From contig NC_086108.1 of the NCBI RefSeq assembly GCF_963921235.1, forward strand, positions 6,138,001-6,202,000: DNA of 64,000 bases, in the 5' to 3' direction. Source of the DNA: Mobula hypostoma (lineage: Eukaryota). Under the pieces are notes generated by a model that saw only the letters and a program-made list of their open reading frames with translations, ran no database searches and had not been told where the DNA came from. Below are positions 51,111 through 63,630 of this stretch, one piece after another; position 1 is the first letter of the stretch; each line of letters opens with the position of its first letter. Both the position numbers and the translations under genes were made by a program.

Positions 51111-54100
51111 GTACTGTTGGTGGGACAGCTTACCTGGGGGAAGCGACAGTGGCCATGCCTCCGGCACAGAGTCCGGCCCTGCAGCTCAGAAGGGTAGGGA
51201 AAGGAAGAGGAGGGCAGTTGTAATAGGGGACTCGATAGTAAGGGGGTCAGATAGGCGATTCTGTGGATGCAGTCAGGAGATCCGGATGGTAGTTTGCCTC
51301 CCTGGTGCCAGGGTCCAGGATATTTCTGGTCGCGTCCAAGATATCCTGAAGTGGGAGGGTGAGGAGCCAGAGGTCGTGGTACATATAGGTACCAATGACA
51401 TAGGTAGGGAAAGGGCAGAGGTCCTGAAAGGAGAATATAGGGAGTTGAGAAAAAGGACCGCAAAGGTAGTAATCTCGGGATTACTGCCTGTGCCACGCGA
51501 CAGTGAGAGTAGGAATGCGATGAGGTGGAGGATAAATGCGTGGCTGAGGGATTGGAGCAGGGGGCAGGGATTCAAGTTTTTGGATTATTGGGACCTCTTT
51601 TGGCATAGGTGTGACCTGTACAAAAAGGACGGGTTACACTTGAATCGTAGGGGGACCAATATCCTGGCAGGGAGATTAGCGGGGGCTACTGAGGTGACTT
51701 TAAACTAGAATGGTTGGGGGGTGGGAATCAAATTAAAGAGACTAGGAGAGAGGAGGTTAGTTCACAACAGGGGGATGGGAACCAGTGCAGAGAGACAGAG
51801 GGGTGTAAAATGAGGGTAGAAGCAAAAAGTAGTAAGGTGAAGAGTATGAGTGGCAGGCCGCAAATCCAGGGCAAGCATCAAAAAGGGGCAATTTTCAACA
51901 TAATTGTATAAGGGCTAAGAGAGTTGTAAAAGCGCGCCTGAAGGCTTTGTGTGTCAATGCAAGGAGCATTTGTAACAAGGTGGATGAATTAAAAGTGCAG
52001 ATTGTTATTAATGAATATGATATAGTTGGGATCACAGAGACATGGCTCCAGGGTGGCCAAGGATGGGAGGTCAACATTCAGGGATATTCAATATTCAGGA
52101 GGGATAGACATGAAAGAAAAGGAGGTGGGGTAACATTGCTGGTTAGGGAGGAGATTAACGCAATAGAAAGGAAGGACATTAACCGGGAGGATGTGGAATC
52201 GATATGCGTAGAGCTGCATTACACTAAGGGGCAGAAAACGCTGGTGGGAGTTGTGTACAGGCCACCTAACAGTAGTAGTGAGGTTGGGGATGGTATTAAA
52301 CAGGAAATTAGAAATGTGTGCAATAAAGGAACAGCAGTAATAATGGGTGACTTCAATCTACATATAGATTGGGTGAACCAAATTGGTAAGGGTGCTGAGG
52401 AAGAGGATTTCTTGGAATGTATGCGGGATGGTTTTTTGAACCAACATGTCGAGAAGCCAACTAGAGAGCAGGCTATTCTAGACTGGGTATTGAGCAATGA
52501 GGAAGGGTTAATTAGCAATCTTGTTGTGAGAGGCCCCTTGGGTAAGAGTGACCATAATATGGTGGAATTCTTCATTAAGATGGAGAGTGACATAGTTAAT
52601 TCAGAAACAAAGGTTCTGAACTTAAAGAAGGGTAACTTTGAAGGTATGAGATGAGAATTAGCTACGATAGACTGGCGAATGACACTTAAAGGGTTGACGG
52701 TGGATATGCAATGGCAAGCATTTAAAGATCGCATGGATGAACTACAACAATTGTTCATCCCAGTTCGGCAAAAGAATAAATCAAGGAAGGTAGTGCACCC
52801 GTGGTTGACAAGGGAAATTAGGGATAGTGTCAATTCCAAAGAAGAAGCATACAAATTAACCAGAAAAAGTGGCTCACCTGAGGACTGGGAGAAATTCAGA
52901 GTCCAGCAGAGGAGGACAAAGGGCTTAATTAGGAAGGGGAAAAAAGATTATGAGAGAAAACTGGCAGGGAACATAAAAACTGACTGTAAAAGCTTTTATA
53001 GATATGTGAAAAGAAAAAGATTGGTTAAGACAAATGTAGGTCCCCTACAGATGAATTGATTATGGGGAGCAAGGACATGGCAGACCAATTGAATAACTAC
53101 TTTGGTTCTGTCTTCACTAAGGAGGACATAAATAATCTTCCGGAAATAGTAGGGGACAGAGGGTCCAGTGAGATGGAGAAACTGAGTGAAATACATGTTA
53201 GTAGGGAAGTGGTGTTAGGTAAATTGAAGGGATTAAAGGCAGATAAATCCCCAGGGCCAGATGGTCTGCATCCCAGAGTGCTTAAGGAAGTAGCCCAAGA
53301 AATAGTGGATGCATTAGTGATAATTTTTCAAAACTCTTTAGTTTCTGGACTAGTTCCTGAGGATTGGAGGGTGGCTAATGTAACCCTGCTTTTTAAAAAA
53401 GGAGGGAGAGAGAAACCGGGGAATTATAGCCCGGTTAGCCTAACATTGGTGGTGGGGAAAATGCTAGAGTCAGTTATCAAAGATGTGTTAACATAACATT
53501 TGGAAAGCGGTGAAATTATCGGACAAAGTCAGCTTGGATTTGTGAAAGGAAAATCATGTCTGACGAATCTCATAGAATTTTTTGAGGATGTAACTAGTAG
53601 AGTGGATAGGGGAGAACCAGTGGATGTGGTATATTTGGATTTTCAAAAGGCTTTTGACAAGGTCCCACACAGGAGATTAGTGTGCAAACTTAAAGCACAC
53701 GGTATTGGAGGTAAGGTATTGATGTGGATAGCGAATTGGTTGGCAGACAGGAAGCAAAGAGTGGGAATAAACGGGACCTTTTCAGAATGGCAGGCAGTGA
53801 CTAGTGGGGTACCGCAAGGCTCAGTGCTGGGATCCCAGTTGTTTACAATATATATTAATGACTTATATGAGGGAATTAAATGCAGCATCTCCAAGTTTGC
53901 GGATGACACGAAGCTGGGCGGCAGTGTTAGCTGTGAGGAGGATGCTAAGAGGATGCAGGGTGACTTGGATAGGTTAGGTGAGTGGGCAAATTCATGGCAG
54001 ATGCAATTTAATGTGGATAAATGTGACGTTATCCACTTTGGTGGCAAAAACAGGAAAACAGATTATTATCTGAATGGTGGCCGATTAGGAAAAGGGGAGG

Positions 54101-54827
54101 TGCAACGAGACCTGGGTGTCATTATACACCAGTCATTGAAAGTGGGCATGCAGGTACAGCAGGCGGTAAAAAAGGCGAATGGTATGCTGGCATTGATAGC
54201 AAGAGGATTCGAGTACAGGAGCAGGGAGGTACTACTGCAGTTGTACAAGGCCTTGGTGAGACCACACCTGGAGTATTGTGTGCAGTTTTGGTCCCCTAAT
54301 CTGAGGAAAGACATCGTTGCCATAGAGGGAGTACAAAGAAGGTTCACCAGATTGATTCCTGGGATGGCAGGACTTTCATATGATGAAAGACTGGATCGAC
54401 TAGGCTTATACTCGTTGGAATTTAGAAGATTGAGGGGGGATCTTATTGAAACGTATAAAATCCTAAAGGGATTGGACAGGCTAGATGAAGGAAGATTGTT
54501 CCCGATGTTAGGGAAGTCCAGAATGAGGGGTCACAGCTTGAGGATAAAGGGGAATTTTTTTAGGACTGAGATTAGGAAAAACTTCTTCACACAGGGAGTG
54601 GTGAATCTGTGGAATTCTCTGCACAGGAAACAGTTGAGGCCAGTTCATTGGCTATATTTAAGAGGGAGTTAGATATGGCCCTTGTGGCTACAGGGATCAG
54701 AGGGTATGGAGGGAAGGCTGGTACAGGGTTCTGAGTTGGATGATCAGCTATGATCATAACTGAATGGCAGTGCAGGCTCGAAGGGCTGAATGGCCTACTC
54801 CTGCACCTATTTTCTATGTTTCTATGT
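51111..54827 (+). mobile_element. CR1 family A, copy 4
   Basis: Esterase ORF1 remnant, ORF2 with a few stops, (tttctatg)n tail; host L1 ORF2 rejoins as FDSFDN|LCGKYG. Confidence 0.95.
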
Positions 54828-57800
54828 TATCAAAACTATCAAATATGTTATCAGTATACAAATCCTTAATGCGCATAAGACCGTTCAAACCCTATTGTCT
54901 GAAAGGTGAATTGAATGTGGAGGGAGGAAATAAATGGTTTTATATGAATGGGGCCCAAAACTGAAGCTGATATGAATTTATAGTGGCAGCGAAATTGATT
55001 AAAAATTTGGAGGGTGGAGAGCACGGTCAGGTTAGATGGAATTGAGAGTATTTCAATAGTAAGGAAGAATACACTGAAGCTGGGAGAGACGAGGAGTGGC
55101 AAGACCGTGTCTCAAGCAGGCACCAGTTTATATCTGGCTGGTGGAGCCAAAATAATACCTTTTGAACGTTTGATATCCGGTAATAATGAATAAAGCTGGG
55201 AAGACCCATTCCACCTACGTCACGACCTCTTTGGAGAGTGTGCTTAATAACCCTTGGGACCTTATTTTCCCAACTAAAGGAAGTTATAGCTTGGTCGACT
55301 GATTTAAAAAATAACTTAGATAAAAAAACTGGCAAACACTGAAACAAATAAAGAAATCTAGGAAGTATTGTCATTTTCACTGACTGAATTCTGCCAGCTA
55401 TAGTAAGGGGTAAACTGCGCCATCTCTCAAAATCAGCCTTCATTTGGCTAACCTGAGGCCTGTAGTTAGCTTCAAACAGAGATGTAAAAGAGCGAGTAAT
55501 GTGTATTCCTAGGTATACAAAACCATCTTGAGATAAAGGAAAAGGCAAAGATTCCTATTGGATCTGTAGGGCTAAGTTATTAATGGGAAAGCATTTGCTT
55601 TTTTGAAAGTTCAGTTTATTAGCCAGAGAAGGCTGCAAATTAACCTAATAATGACACAATAGCAGGACTACTACCTACAGGGTCGCTAACATAAAGTAAG
55701 AGGTCATCAGCATATAGGGATACACGGTGTTCCATGTCCCCTCTCCTAACACCTTGAAATAATATAGTTGACTTAAGTGCAATAGAAAGAAGCTCAATTG
55801 CAATTGCGAAAAGAAGAGGGGACAATGGGCAGCCTTGGTGAGTGCCACGTGTTAATGGGAAATAGTCAGATCGAGAATAATTCATCTGTATGCACGCTAA
55901 AGGCGAGTGATATAATAGCTTAACCCAGGCTACAAATATTCTGCCAAATCCAAATTTCTCCAAAACACTAAACAAATATACCCATTCCACTCTATCAAAC
56001 GCCTTCTCCGCGTCCAAGGAGATAACAACTTCCAGACTTGGATAATCACTGGGTGAATAAACCACATCAGCCAGTCGACGGATATTAAAAAAAAATGACG
56101 ATTTTTAATAAAACCTGGTTTGATCATCTGAAATTATCTTGGGACGGGGACGTTCTAAACGGCATGCAAGCACTTTAGCCAAAATTTTCACATCTACGTT
56201 CAAAAGTGAGATGGGGTGATATGATCCACATTGAGTCGGGTCCTTGTCTTTTTTAAGAAGTAGTGAAATAGCTGCCTGTGAAAGAGAAGGGGGTAAGGAG
56301 CTGTTCTCCAGAGATTCCTGAAACACTTCTAGAAGGACCAATATGAGCTTATCCTTAAATTTCTTATAAAATTCTATTGGATAACCATCAGGACCTGGGG
56401 ACTTACCACTCTGCATAGCCATAATGGCATTATTAATCTCTTCCTGTCCAAGAGCCCGATCTAGGTTCTCCACTTCCTCTGGTTCAAGAGTTGGTATTTG
56501 CAAATTATCTAAAAAACGTTCTATATTTGTCTTATCTGAGGGGAACTCTGAGGCATACAGAGAGGAATAAAAAGTTGCAAAGATGTTATTAATCTCTTTT
56601 GGATTGCTTGTCAAGTTTTGGTGCGTGTCTCTTATCTGGGGAATAAGTCGTGATACAGTTTGACGCTTCAACTGATGAGCCATAAGCTGGCTCGCCTTGT
56701 CACCATATTCATAATAGAGGCCACGTGTCTTAAGAATTAATTGATCTGATAGGTTTGTAGATAGAAGATTAAACATCGCTTGTAAATCAGCCCGGCTTTT
56801 ATATAATTCCGCAGTGGGTGCCTCAGAGTATTTTCTATCCAGGTCCAAAATAGATTGCAATAACACTTGCATTTCCTTCCTATGCTCTTTATTGGCATGT
56901 GAAGTATAAGATATTATTTGACCCCTCAAGTAAGCTTTTAAAGTTTCCCAAAGTAAAGAGTACGATACCAACTCAGTTTTTTAAGTCTCGAAGAATGTGT
57001 CAATGTTATCCGATATATAACTACAAAATTTCTCATCCCTAGGGCAAGACCTATCAATCAGTGGGTCAATAGCACAGTTCAAATCTCCAGAAAAGATTAG
57101 CTTATGTGCATTCAGGTTAGGTACTAATGACAAAACCTTATTTGCAAATTGGACATCGTCCCAATTAAGGGCATAAACATTTACCAAAATAACAGGTAAC
57201 TGAAAGAGAGAGGTAGAGACTATAATAAAGCGACTATTAGGGTCACTGATTACATCAGATGGTGTGAACTGCATTCTTTTGGTGATTGATATTGCCACCC
57301 CCTACCAGACCTACTATTAAATCTGGAATGAAAAACCTGACTAATCCACGCTTTACGAAGTCTATTATTGTCCTCCACTCTTAAATGTGTCTCTTGTAGA
57401 AATAGTATATCTGCTTTTAATTGTTTCAGATGAGAGAAAACTTTAGCTCTTTTAACCAGACCATTGAGCCCCTTTACATTCCAAGAAATAAACCTCACAG
57501 GGTGGCCTCCATCAGCATCACCCATGTTAACCATATCAAAAGACACGCAGGGCCTACAATCCAAAACAGTGCGAGGGCATAAATTGCACACAACAACACA
57601 CAATGAAAAGAAAGTCTGATCAATCCGTAACACACAGAAGAATAAACTGCCATGGTAATCCCCCAAAACACTCCCCCAACCCCTTTACACAAACAACAAA
57701 AAAACCCAATTAACCCCCGAAACCTGTATCTACCTCCCCAATTGAGGATGATCGCAGGCAGTACCCAACAAAAACTTGCAAGGCATTCCCCAAAAAGCCC

Positions 57801-57993
57801 AACTTTCAATCTAATCTAGGGTGGCTCCCCTCCTTAAAATTTATCCTATCACTTATACTACTTTTAATATAACATATAGGCTAAAGATGACACAGGTCAA
57901 GCTAAGCATTAAAAACAAAAAAAAAACACTGGGCAATTTAAACACCCGAGATATAAATCCCAAAATTTACATTTTGCTGGTTGAAAGTTTTTG

Positions 57994-59049
57994 TTAATCA
58001 GTTTCGGCAGCATAGCAGTTCGACCCGATCGCGTTCCACAATTTAAACTGGAAAAAATGAACAAAGAAGTGGATTGTGAAAATTAACAGTCTGCCTCGGC
58101 ATGAGGCCCCTTTAACGCTGCATGAATAACCTAAAAAAAAGTCATTGCTCTTCTCGTTTTCTTCTCCCCAGCGCGAATGGTGAAACTCTTTAGCCGCCTC
58201 TGGTGTATGGAAATAATGCTCTTTACCGTCATGCAAGACCCAGAGCTGGGCAGGATACAAGAGGCCGAACCTGACCCCTTTCCCGTAGAGCAGGGATTTC
58301 ACCTCCTTGAAAGCTGGTCGTTTTTTACCCAGCTCTGCACTAAAATCTTCATGAAAGAACACGCGATGTCTGCGGAAATACAGCTCCTGCTTTTGTCTAT
58401 TGATGATGCGTTGCTTATCTTGAAAGAAGTGAAAGAGAACCAGGAACGTTCTTGGTCTCGTTTGATTGGCTCCAGAGACACCGGACGGTTTAGGCCTGAC
58501 TCGGTGAGCACGCGAAAGTACGAGAGGCCTTGGGAAGAAATTTGTCGCCAGCACTTCGTCAAAAAACTCAGTCATAAATTTAACAGCGTCTGAACCTTCC
58601 AAATTTTCAGGAATGCCAACCACTCTCAAACTGGATCTCCGCGACCGATTTTCGAGGTCATCTAGCTTTCCCTTCAGAAATGCGTTTTTGCTCTGCAACG
58701 CTGCAATGGCGGCTTCGGCGCTCACCAGTCGGTCACTGTAATCATTCAGGCCGTCTTCAACCTCACGAATGTGTTCGTCGTGCGACTCGTAAGAAGACAT
58801 AATTTGCTCCATGGTAGCATTCACTGGTGATAAAGCATCTTCAAGTTCTGTTTTTAGGGCAGAATGTACCGCTTGCATCATGTCAGTAATAAGTACTAAA
58901 CGAAGCCTCTCCAAGTCATCGGGTAGCGCAGGTCCGGGTCCAGCTCCAGCAGTGTGCAACGGCGCCATTACTGTAACATCAGCTTTCTTACTTGAGGCTT
59001 CGCTATCTTTTTCCCCAGTTTTACTTCGAAGGTACATTCTACTTGCCAT
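57994..59049 (-). CDS. L1 ORF1 (coiled coil, RRM, CTD)
   Basis: Open frame with DDLENRSRRSSLRVVGIPE, RAHR, FFHEDFS, LLYPA; the C-terminus may be read-through. Confidence 0.88.
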   Translation of the reverse strand: MASRMYLRSKTGEKDSEASSKKADVTVMAPLHTAGAGPGPALPDDLERLRLVLITDMMQAVHSALKTELEDALSPVNATMEQIMSSYESHDEHIREVEDGLNDYSDRLVSAEAAIAALQSKNAFLKGKLDDLENRSRRSSLRVVGIPENLEGSDAVKFMTEFFDEVLATNFFPRPLVLSRAHRVRPKPSGVSGANQTRPRTFLVLFHFFQDKQRIINRQKQELYFRRHRVFFHEDFSAELGKKRPAFKEVKSLLYGKGVRFGLLYPAQLWVLHDGKEHYFHTPEAAKEFHHSRWGEENEKSNDFFLGYSCSVKGASCRGRLLIFTIHFFVHFFQFKLWNAIGSNCYAAETD

Positions 59050-60114
59050 TTCAATGTCCAGCTATGTCCCGCGTTGTTCACAATGGTAAATATTCAGTTA
59101 TCTCGAGCATACGGCAAAGATAAACAGGTAGATTTTCAATAAAAATCGGGAGCCACACTCACACGCACCGACTCACGCCATACTCAACTCCGGAAGTGGA
59201 AATTTGTTGATTTGCGGCTGCAGTACGGAGCAACATATAAAAAAAATTACTTTGTTACAGTAAGATATATTAAAAAATTTAAATAGTGGAAAATGATGGT
59301 ACTAATGACGACGTGCTTACTAGTAAATCATAAGGCAAGATAGTGACTAAGAACATTACTTATAACAACTTTTCTGAAACAAACTGTGATGAACTATTGC
59401 CACAGACCGTGAGGAAGCAGATGGAGGCGAGGCTGGTTCGGGGAATGAGCCACACTGGGGCATTGTGAGGTGCAATGTGTTTGAGCCACAGAGATGGAGT
59501 TTGTATTGCTGCTGGAGATGGAATTAGCGATTTGGAGAGCAGTCGATGTGGAAGAGTTAAGATGCCCATCTACTTACCCCAGGTGCAAGGTTTGTGTTTG
59601 TATTTGTTTTATTTCTTACATCCAAGGAAGTAAAAGTGTTTATGTTGCAGCTTTGTCACTATTACAAGCAAAAAAGAGGGGAAATGTGGGAGAATGTTGT
59701 CTAAACACTAAGATTGAATACATAATTGTTTTGTATACATGTATGTACAGTCAGATATGCAAATCAGATCAGTGTGTATTGATTAATCGGATGACCTGCA
59801 GAAAGAAGCCGAGCCAGGGCCGGTTGGTCCTGTCCTATTTGCCAGACGGTAGCAGCTGAAACAGTTTGTGGTTGGGGTGGGTGTAGTCCCTGATGATTCT
59901 CTTACCCCTTTTTACACACCCACTGCTGTAAATACCCTGAATAGAGAAAAGTTCACATCCACAGATGCGCTGGGCTGTCTGTACCACTCTCTGCAGTGTC
60001 CTGCGATTGAGGGTAGAACAGTTCCCATAGCAGGTTGGATTGTCCCAAGCGCCAAGCCATTTTGGTGATATCGAGAATGTCTTGAGTTTGAGCAGCCCGA
60101 ACATATGGAGGCAC

Positions 60115-60360
60115 TGGGATCACTTTACAAAACAAAACTGTCACTGCACTAAACCCCTGATTCAATCTCCATTCCCATTAATGATTCTAACAGGATCAGA
60201 ATCGGCTTTAAGGTCACAAAAATACAGTGTGAAATTTATTGTTTTGTGGCAGTAGTGCAGAGCAGGAGTCACAATGTGGGCAATTATTAAAATGGCTTTA
60301 AACTTGCTCGTGACACTTCCTCCAGTTACCCAGAGACAGATTAAATATTCGATCAAACAG
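60115..60360 (+). repeat. Local repeat module X, copy 3 (partial)
   Basis: ggatcactttacaaaacaaaactgtcac...ccagttacccagag. Confidence 0.88.
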
Positions 60361-60367
60361 GCAAACG

Positions 60368-61950
60368 GAATCAGAATCAGATTGAATGTCACGGGCATAC
60401 GAGGGGTGATGGATAAGTTCGTGGCCTAAGGTAGTAAGAGTCAATTTTAGAAAACCTAGCACATCAGTTAATAACTCATCAGGAGTGATTGATAAGTTTG
60501 TGGCCTAAGGTAGAAGGAGATGCGTTATTAACTTCAAACTTTCTGTATAATCACTCAAAAATTGACCCGCATGTGCATGTAATGAGAGCTGTATAACTCA
60601 TCTCCTTCTGCCTTAGGCCATGAACTTATCAATCACCCCTGTTGTGAGCACTTCCTGGAGGTACAAGATCATTATGCTCGACGACTATTGGACTAAGTGC
60701 GTAAATGTAGGAAGGGACTACGTTGAAAAATAAATGTGCTAGGTTTTCTAAAATTGACTCCTTCTACCTTAGGCCACCAACTTATCACTCATCCCTCATA
60801 TGTCATGAAATTTGTTGTTATGTGGGAGCAGTAAATTGTGATGCATAATAATAAAAACGGTAAGTTACAGAAAGACATCTTTACATATATATTAAAGAAG
60901 TTCAATTAATTAAGTAGCTCAAAAATAGAAATAAAAAGTAGTGAGCTGGTGTTTATAGCTTCAATGTCCATTCAGAAATTGGATGACAGAAGAGTAGAAT
61001 CATTGAGTGTGTGTCTTCAGGAGTGTGTACCTCCTCCCTGATGGTAGCAATGAGAAGAGGGCATGTTCTGGTGATGGGGGTCCTTGATGATGGATGCTGC
61101 CTTTTTGAGTCATTGCTCCTTGAAGATGTACTGGATGCTATGGAGACTGGTGCCTATGATGAACCTGACTGAGTTTACAAATCCCTGTAGTTTTTTCTGA
61201 TCCTTTGCAGTGCTCCTCCATAGCAGACGGTGACACAGCTCATTAGAACGCTGTATATGGTATATCTGCAGCAATTTGCGTGTGTTTTTGGTGAGATGCC
61301 AAATCACCTTGAATTCCTAAAGAAATATAGATACAGTGGTGCCTACTTTGAAACTGCATCTATATTTTGGGCCCTGGACAGATCTTCAGAGATATTGATC
61401 CCATGAACTTGAAATTGCTCCCTCTTTCCACTTTGATCCCTCTATGAGGACTGGTGTGCGTTACCTCGTCTTACCCTTTCTGAAGTCCAAAATCAAGTCT
61501 TTGTTCTTACTGACGTTGAGGACAAAGTTGTTACTGCAACACCACTCAACGAGCTGATCTGTCTCACTCCTGTACGCCTCCTCGTTACCATCTGAGATTC
61601 TTCCAACGATAGTTGTGTTGTCAGCAAATTTATAGATGGTCTGGACAGAGTGGAGCAGTCGGTCAAACACACACCCCTGAAGTGCACCAGTGTTGATTGT
61701 CAGTGAGGCAGAGATGTTATTTCTGATCTGGCGAGAAAGTTGAGGATCCAGTTGCAGAGGCAGGTAGAGAGACCCAGTGTTTGGAGCCTTTTGATCAGAA
61801 CTGTAGGAATGATTGTGTTAGATATGAAGCTGGTAGTCAATGTACAGCGGCCTGACATAAATATTGGTATTGTTCTGGTAATCCAAGACCCCTACAGATG
61901 GCTTGGACAGAGTCCTGCTGTTGTGTAATCAGAAAACTGCCAACATGAAT
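60368..61950 (-). mobile_element. Rex1/Babar fragment containing a mariner MITE
   Basis: YKFADNTTIVGRISDG, LILDFRK; (ctgatt)n tail. Confidence 0.8.
60400..60798 (+). mobile_element. Non-autonomous mariner element with a second internal TIR pair
   Basis: TA TSD, terminal inverted repeats of about 65 bp, transposase C-terminus WTKCVNVGRDYVEK* before the right TIR. Confidence 0.9.
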
Positions 61951-63219
61951 TCATAATCAGAATCAATCTGTTATCACGGACGTACGTCGTGAAATTTGTT
62001 GTTTTGTGGCCGCAAAATAGAGCAATACATAAAAAATTACTTTGTTACAATAAGAATTATATAAAGATTTAAAAAACAATGCAAAATGATGGCATTACTG
62101 AAGATGTGTGACGGATGACTGGTAAATCACAAGCCGAGAGAGTGGATTAAAAACATTACTTTTACAACTTTGCTGAAGCAAATCATGATGAACTATCACC
62201 ACAGACAGGGAGGAGGCAGAAGGAGGCGAGGACAGTTTGGGGAGGAACCGTGTTGGAACTTTTCAAGATGCAACGTGTTTGAGCCACAGACGGAGACAGT
62301 GTTTGTAACTTCCAGAGATGGAGTGAGCAATTTTGGAAGCAGTTGATGTGCAAGAGTTTTGATGCCTGTCCACCCAACCCAGTACAAGGTTGGATTGCAC
62401 CAAGAGCAGAGCTGATTTGTTGCGATCGAGTACGTCTTCAGGCTGGGCGGCCCAGGCGTATTAGTGTGCCTGAATTCCAGTCCTGGAACGTGGTGCTTGG
62501 ACAATTTAAACATTGGCCCAGATAGACTGGAAGCTGGAGGGTTGGGTTCATTTTTCTCTCTCTGCAGCACCGAGGCTGTTAACCGATACAGTGACAGTGC
62601 ACTTCTGCCCTGCTGGTGTGATGAACTGGGGATCAAGGCTTGGCTTGGGCACACTCCAGCTGCTCTGCGAGTGGATCTGGGACTCAGTCTGGTTTGGGAT
62701 GCTGTTGGCATGCTTCTACTGTTTGCATCATGTGTGTGTTTTTTTCTGAATTTCTCTGCGCGATGTTTTTTGATCTTTTTTTTGTTGGGTTCTTTCGGTT
62801 TCTTCCTTTGTGGCTGCCTGTAAGCAGACTAATTTCAAGTTGTATAACTTATACATTCTTTCATAATAAATGTGCTTTGAATATTTGAAAAAGAAAGTAA
62901 AATAATGAGGTAGTGTTCATAGCTTCGTGGGCTGTACAGAAATCTGATGGTAGAGGGGGAAAAGATGTTCATAAAATGGTGAATGTGTGTCTTCAGACTC
63001 CTGTCCTCCCTGCTGATTGTAACATTGAGGGACAGAGCATGTCCTGGATGGTTCGGGTACTTAATGAACGATGCGACTTTTTGTGGTATCGCCTATTTAA
63101 GATGTCCTCAACGGTGGGGAGGTTCCAATGAGATCTCCCTTCATTTCTGATAAATTTCAGTGAGATCAGACCCAGAGACATCAAACACCACTCATACATT
63201 AACTCTATCATATCTGGTT

Positions 63220-63630
63220 CCTCAGATAGGCAACTTGCTGGGTCAGAATGGACAATTGGGCTTCTAATCTGTATAACTCCAGGGTGCTATGGATAATAGA
63301 ATAATCCCAGGATCTAGAATGAGGAAATCTGCTCCAATTCATTCAGTGGAATTGGATCATTTTACAAAACAAAACTTGACACTGCACTAAAGCCTTGATA
63401 CAGTCTCCAATCCCATTAATGATTCTAACAGAATCAGAATCGAGTTTAATGTCACTGACAAACATTGTGAAATTTATTGTTTTGTGACAGCAGTACAGAG
63501 CAGAAGTCACAGTGTGGGCAGTTATTAAACTGATCTTGAATATGTTGATAACATTTCCTCCAGTTACCCAGAAGAGAGATTAAACATCGTATCAAACTGG
63601 CATCTACTCGATAAGGCAACATTATCAAAT
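63220..63630 (+). repeat. Local repeat module X, copy 4
   Basis: Homologous to the other X copies and has the same CR1 junctions. Confidence 0.9.

Larger units (their letters stand above)
49975..59198 (-). mobile_element. Full-length L1-clade LINE, degraded, interrupted by CR1-A copy 4
   Basis: 15 bp TSD GAAATTTGTTGATTT (49960-49974, 59199-59213), ORF1, ORF2 pieces (SWNVKGLN, LQETH, SLDAEKAFD, LYADD, CDRC..HAFWSC), AATAAA plus A-rich tail. Confidence 0.95.

Noticed and set aside
59360..59569. ORF in duplicated segment Y
   Set aside because: The frame is not preserved in the paralogue at 62.1-62.4 kb, and there are no convincing splice signals or domain.
63330..63358. CAGTG-containing hairpin in module X resembling an iron-responsive element
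   Set aside because: It lacks the IRE 5 bp upper stem and bulged C, and pairing is broken in other copies.
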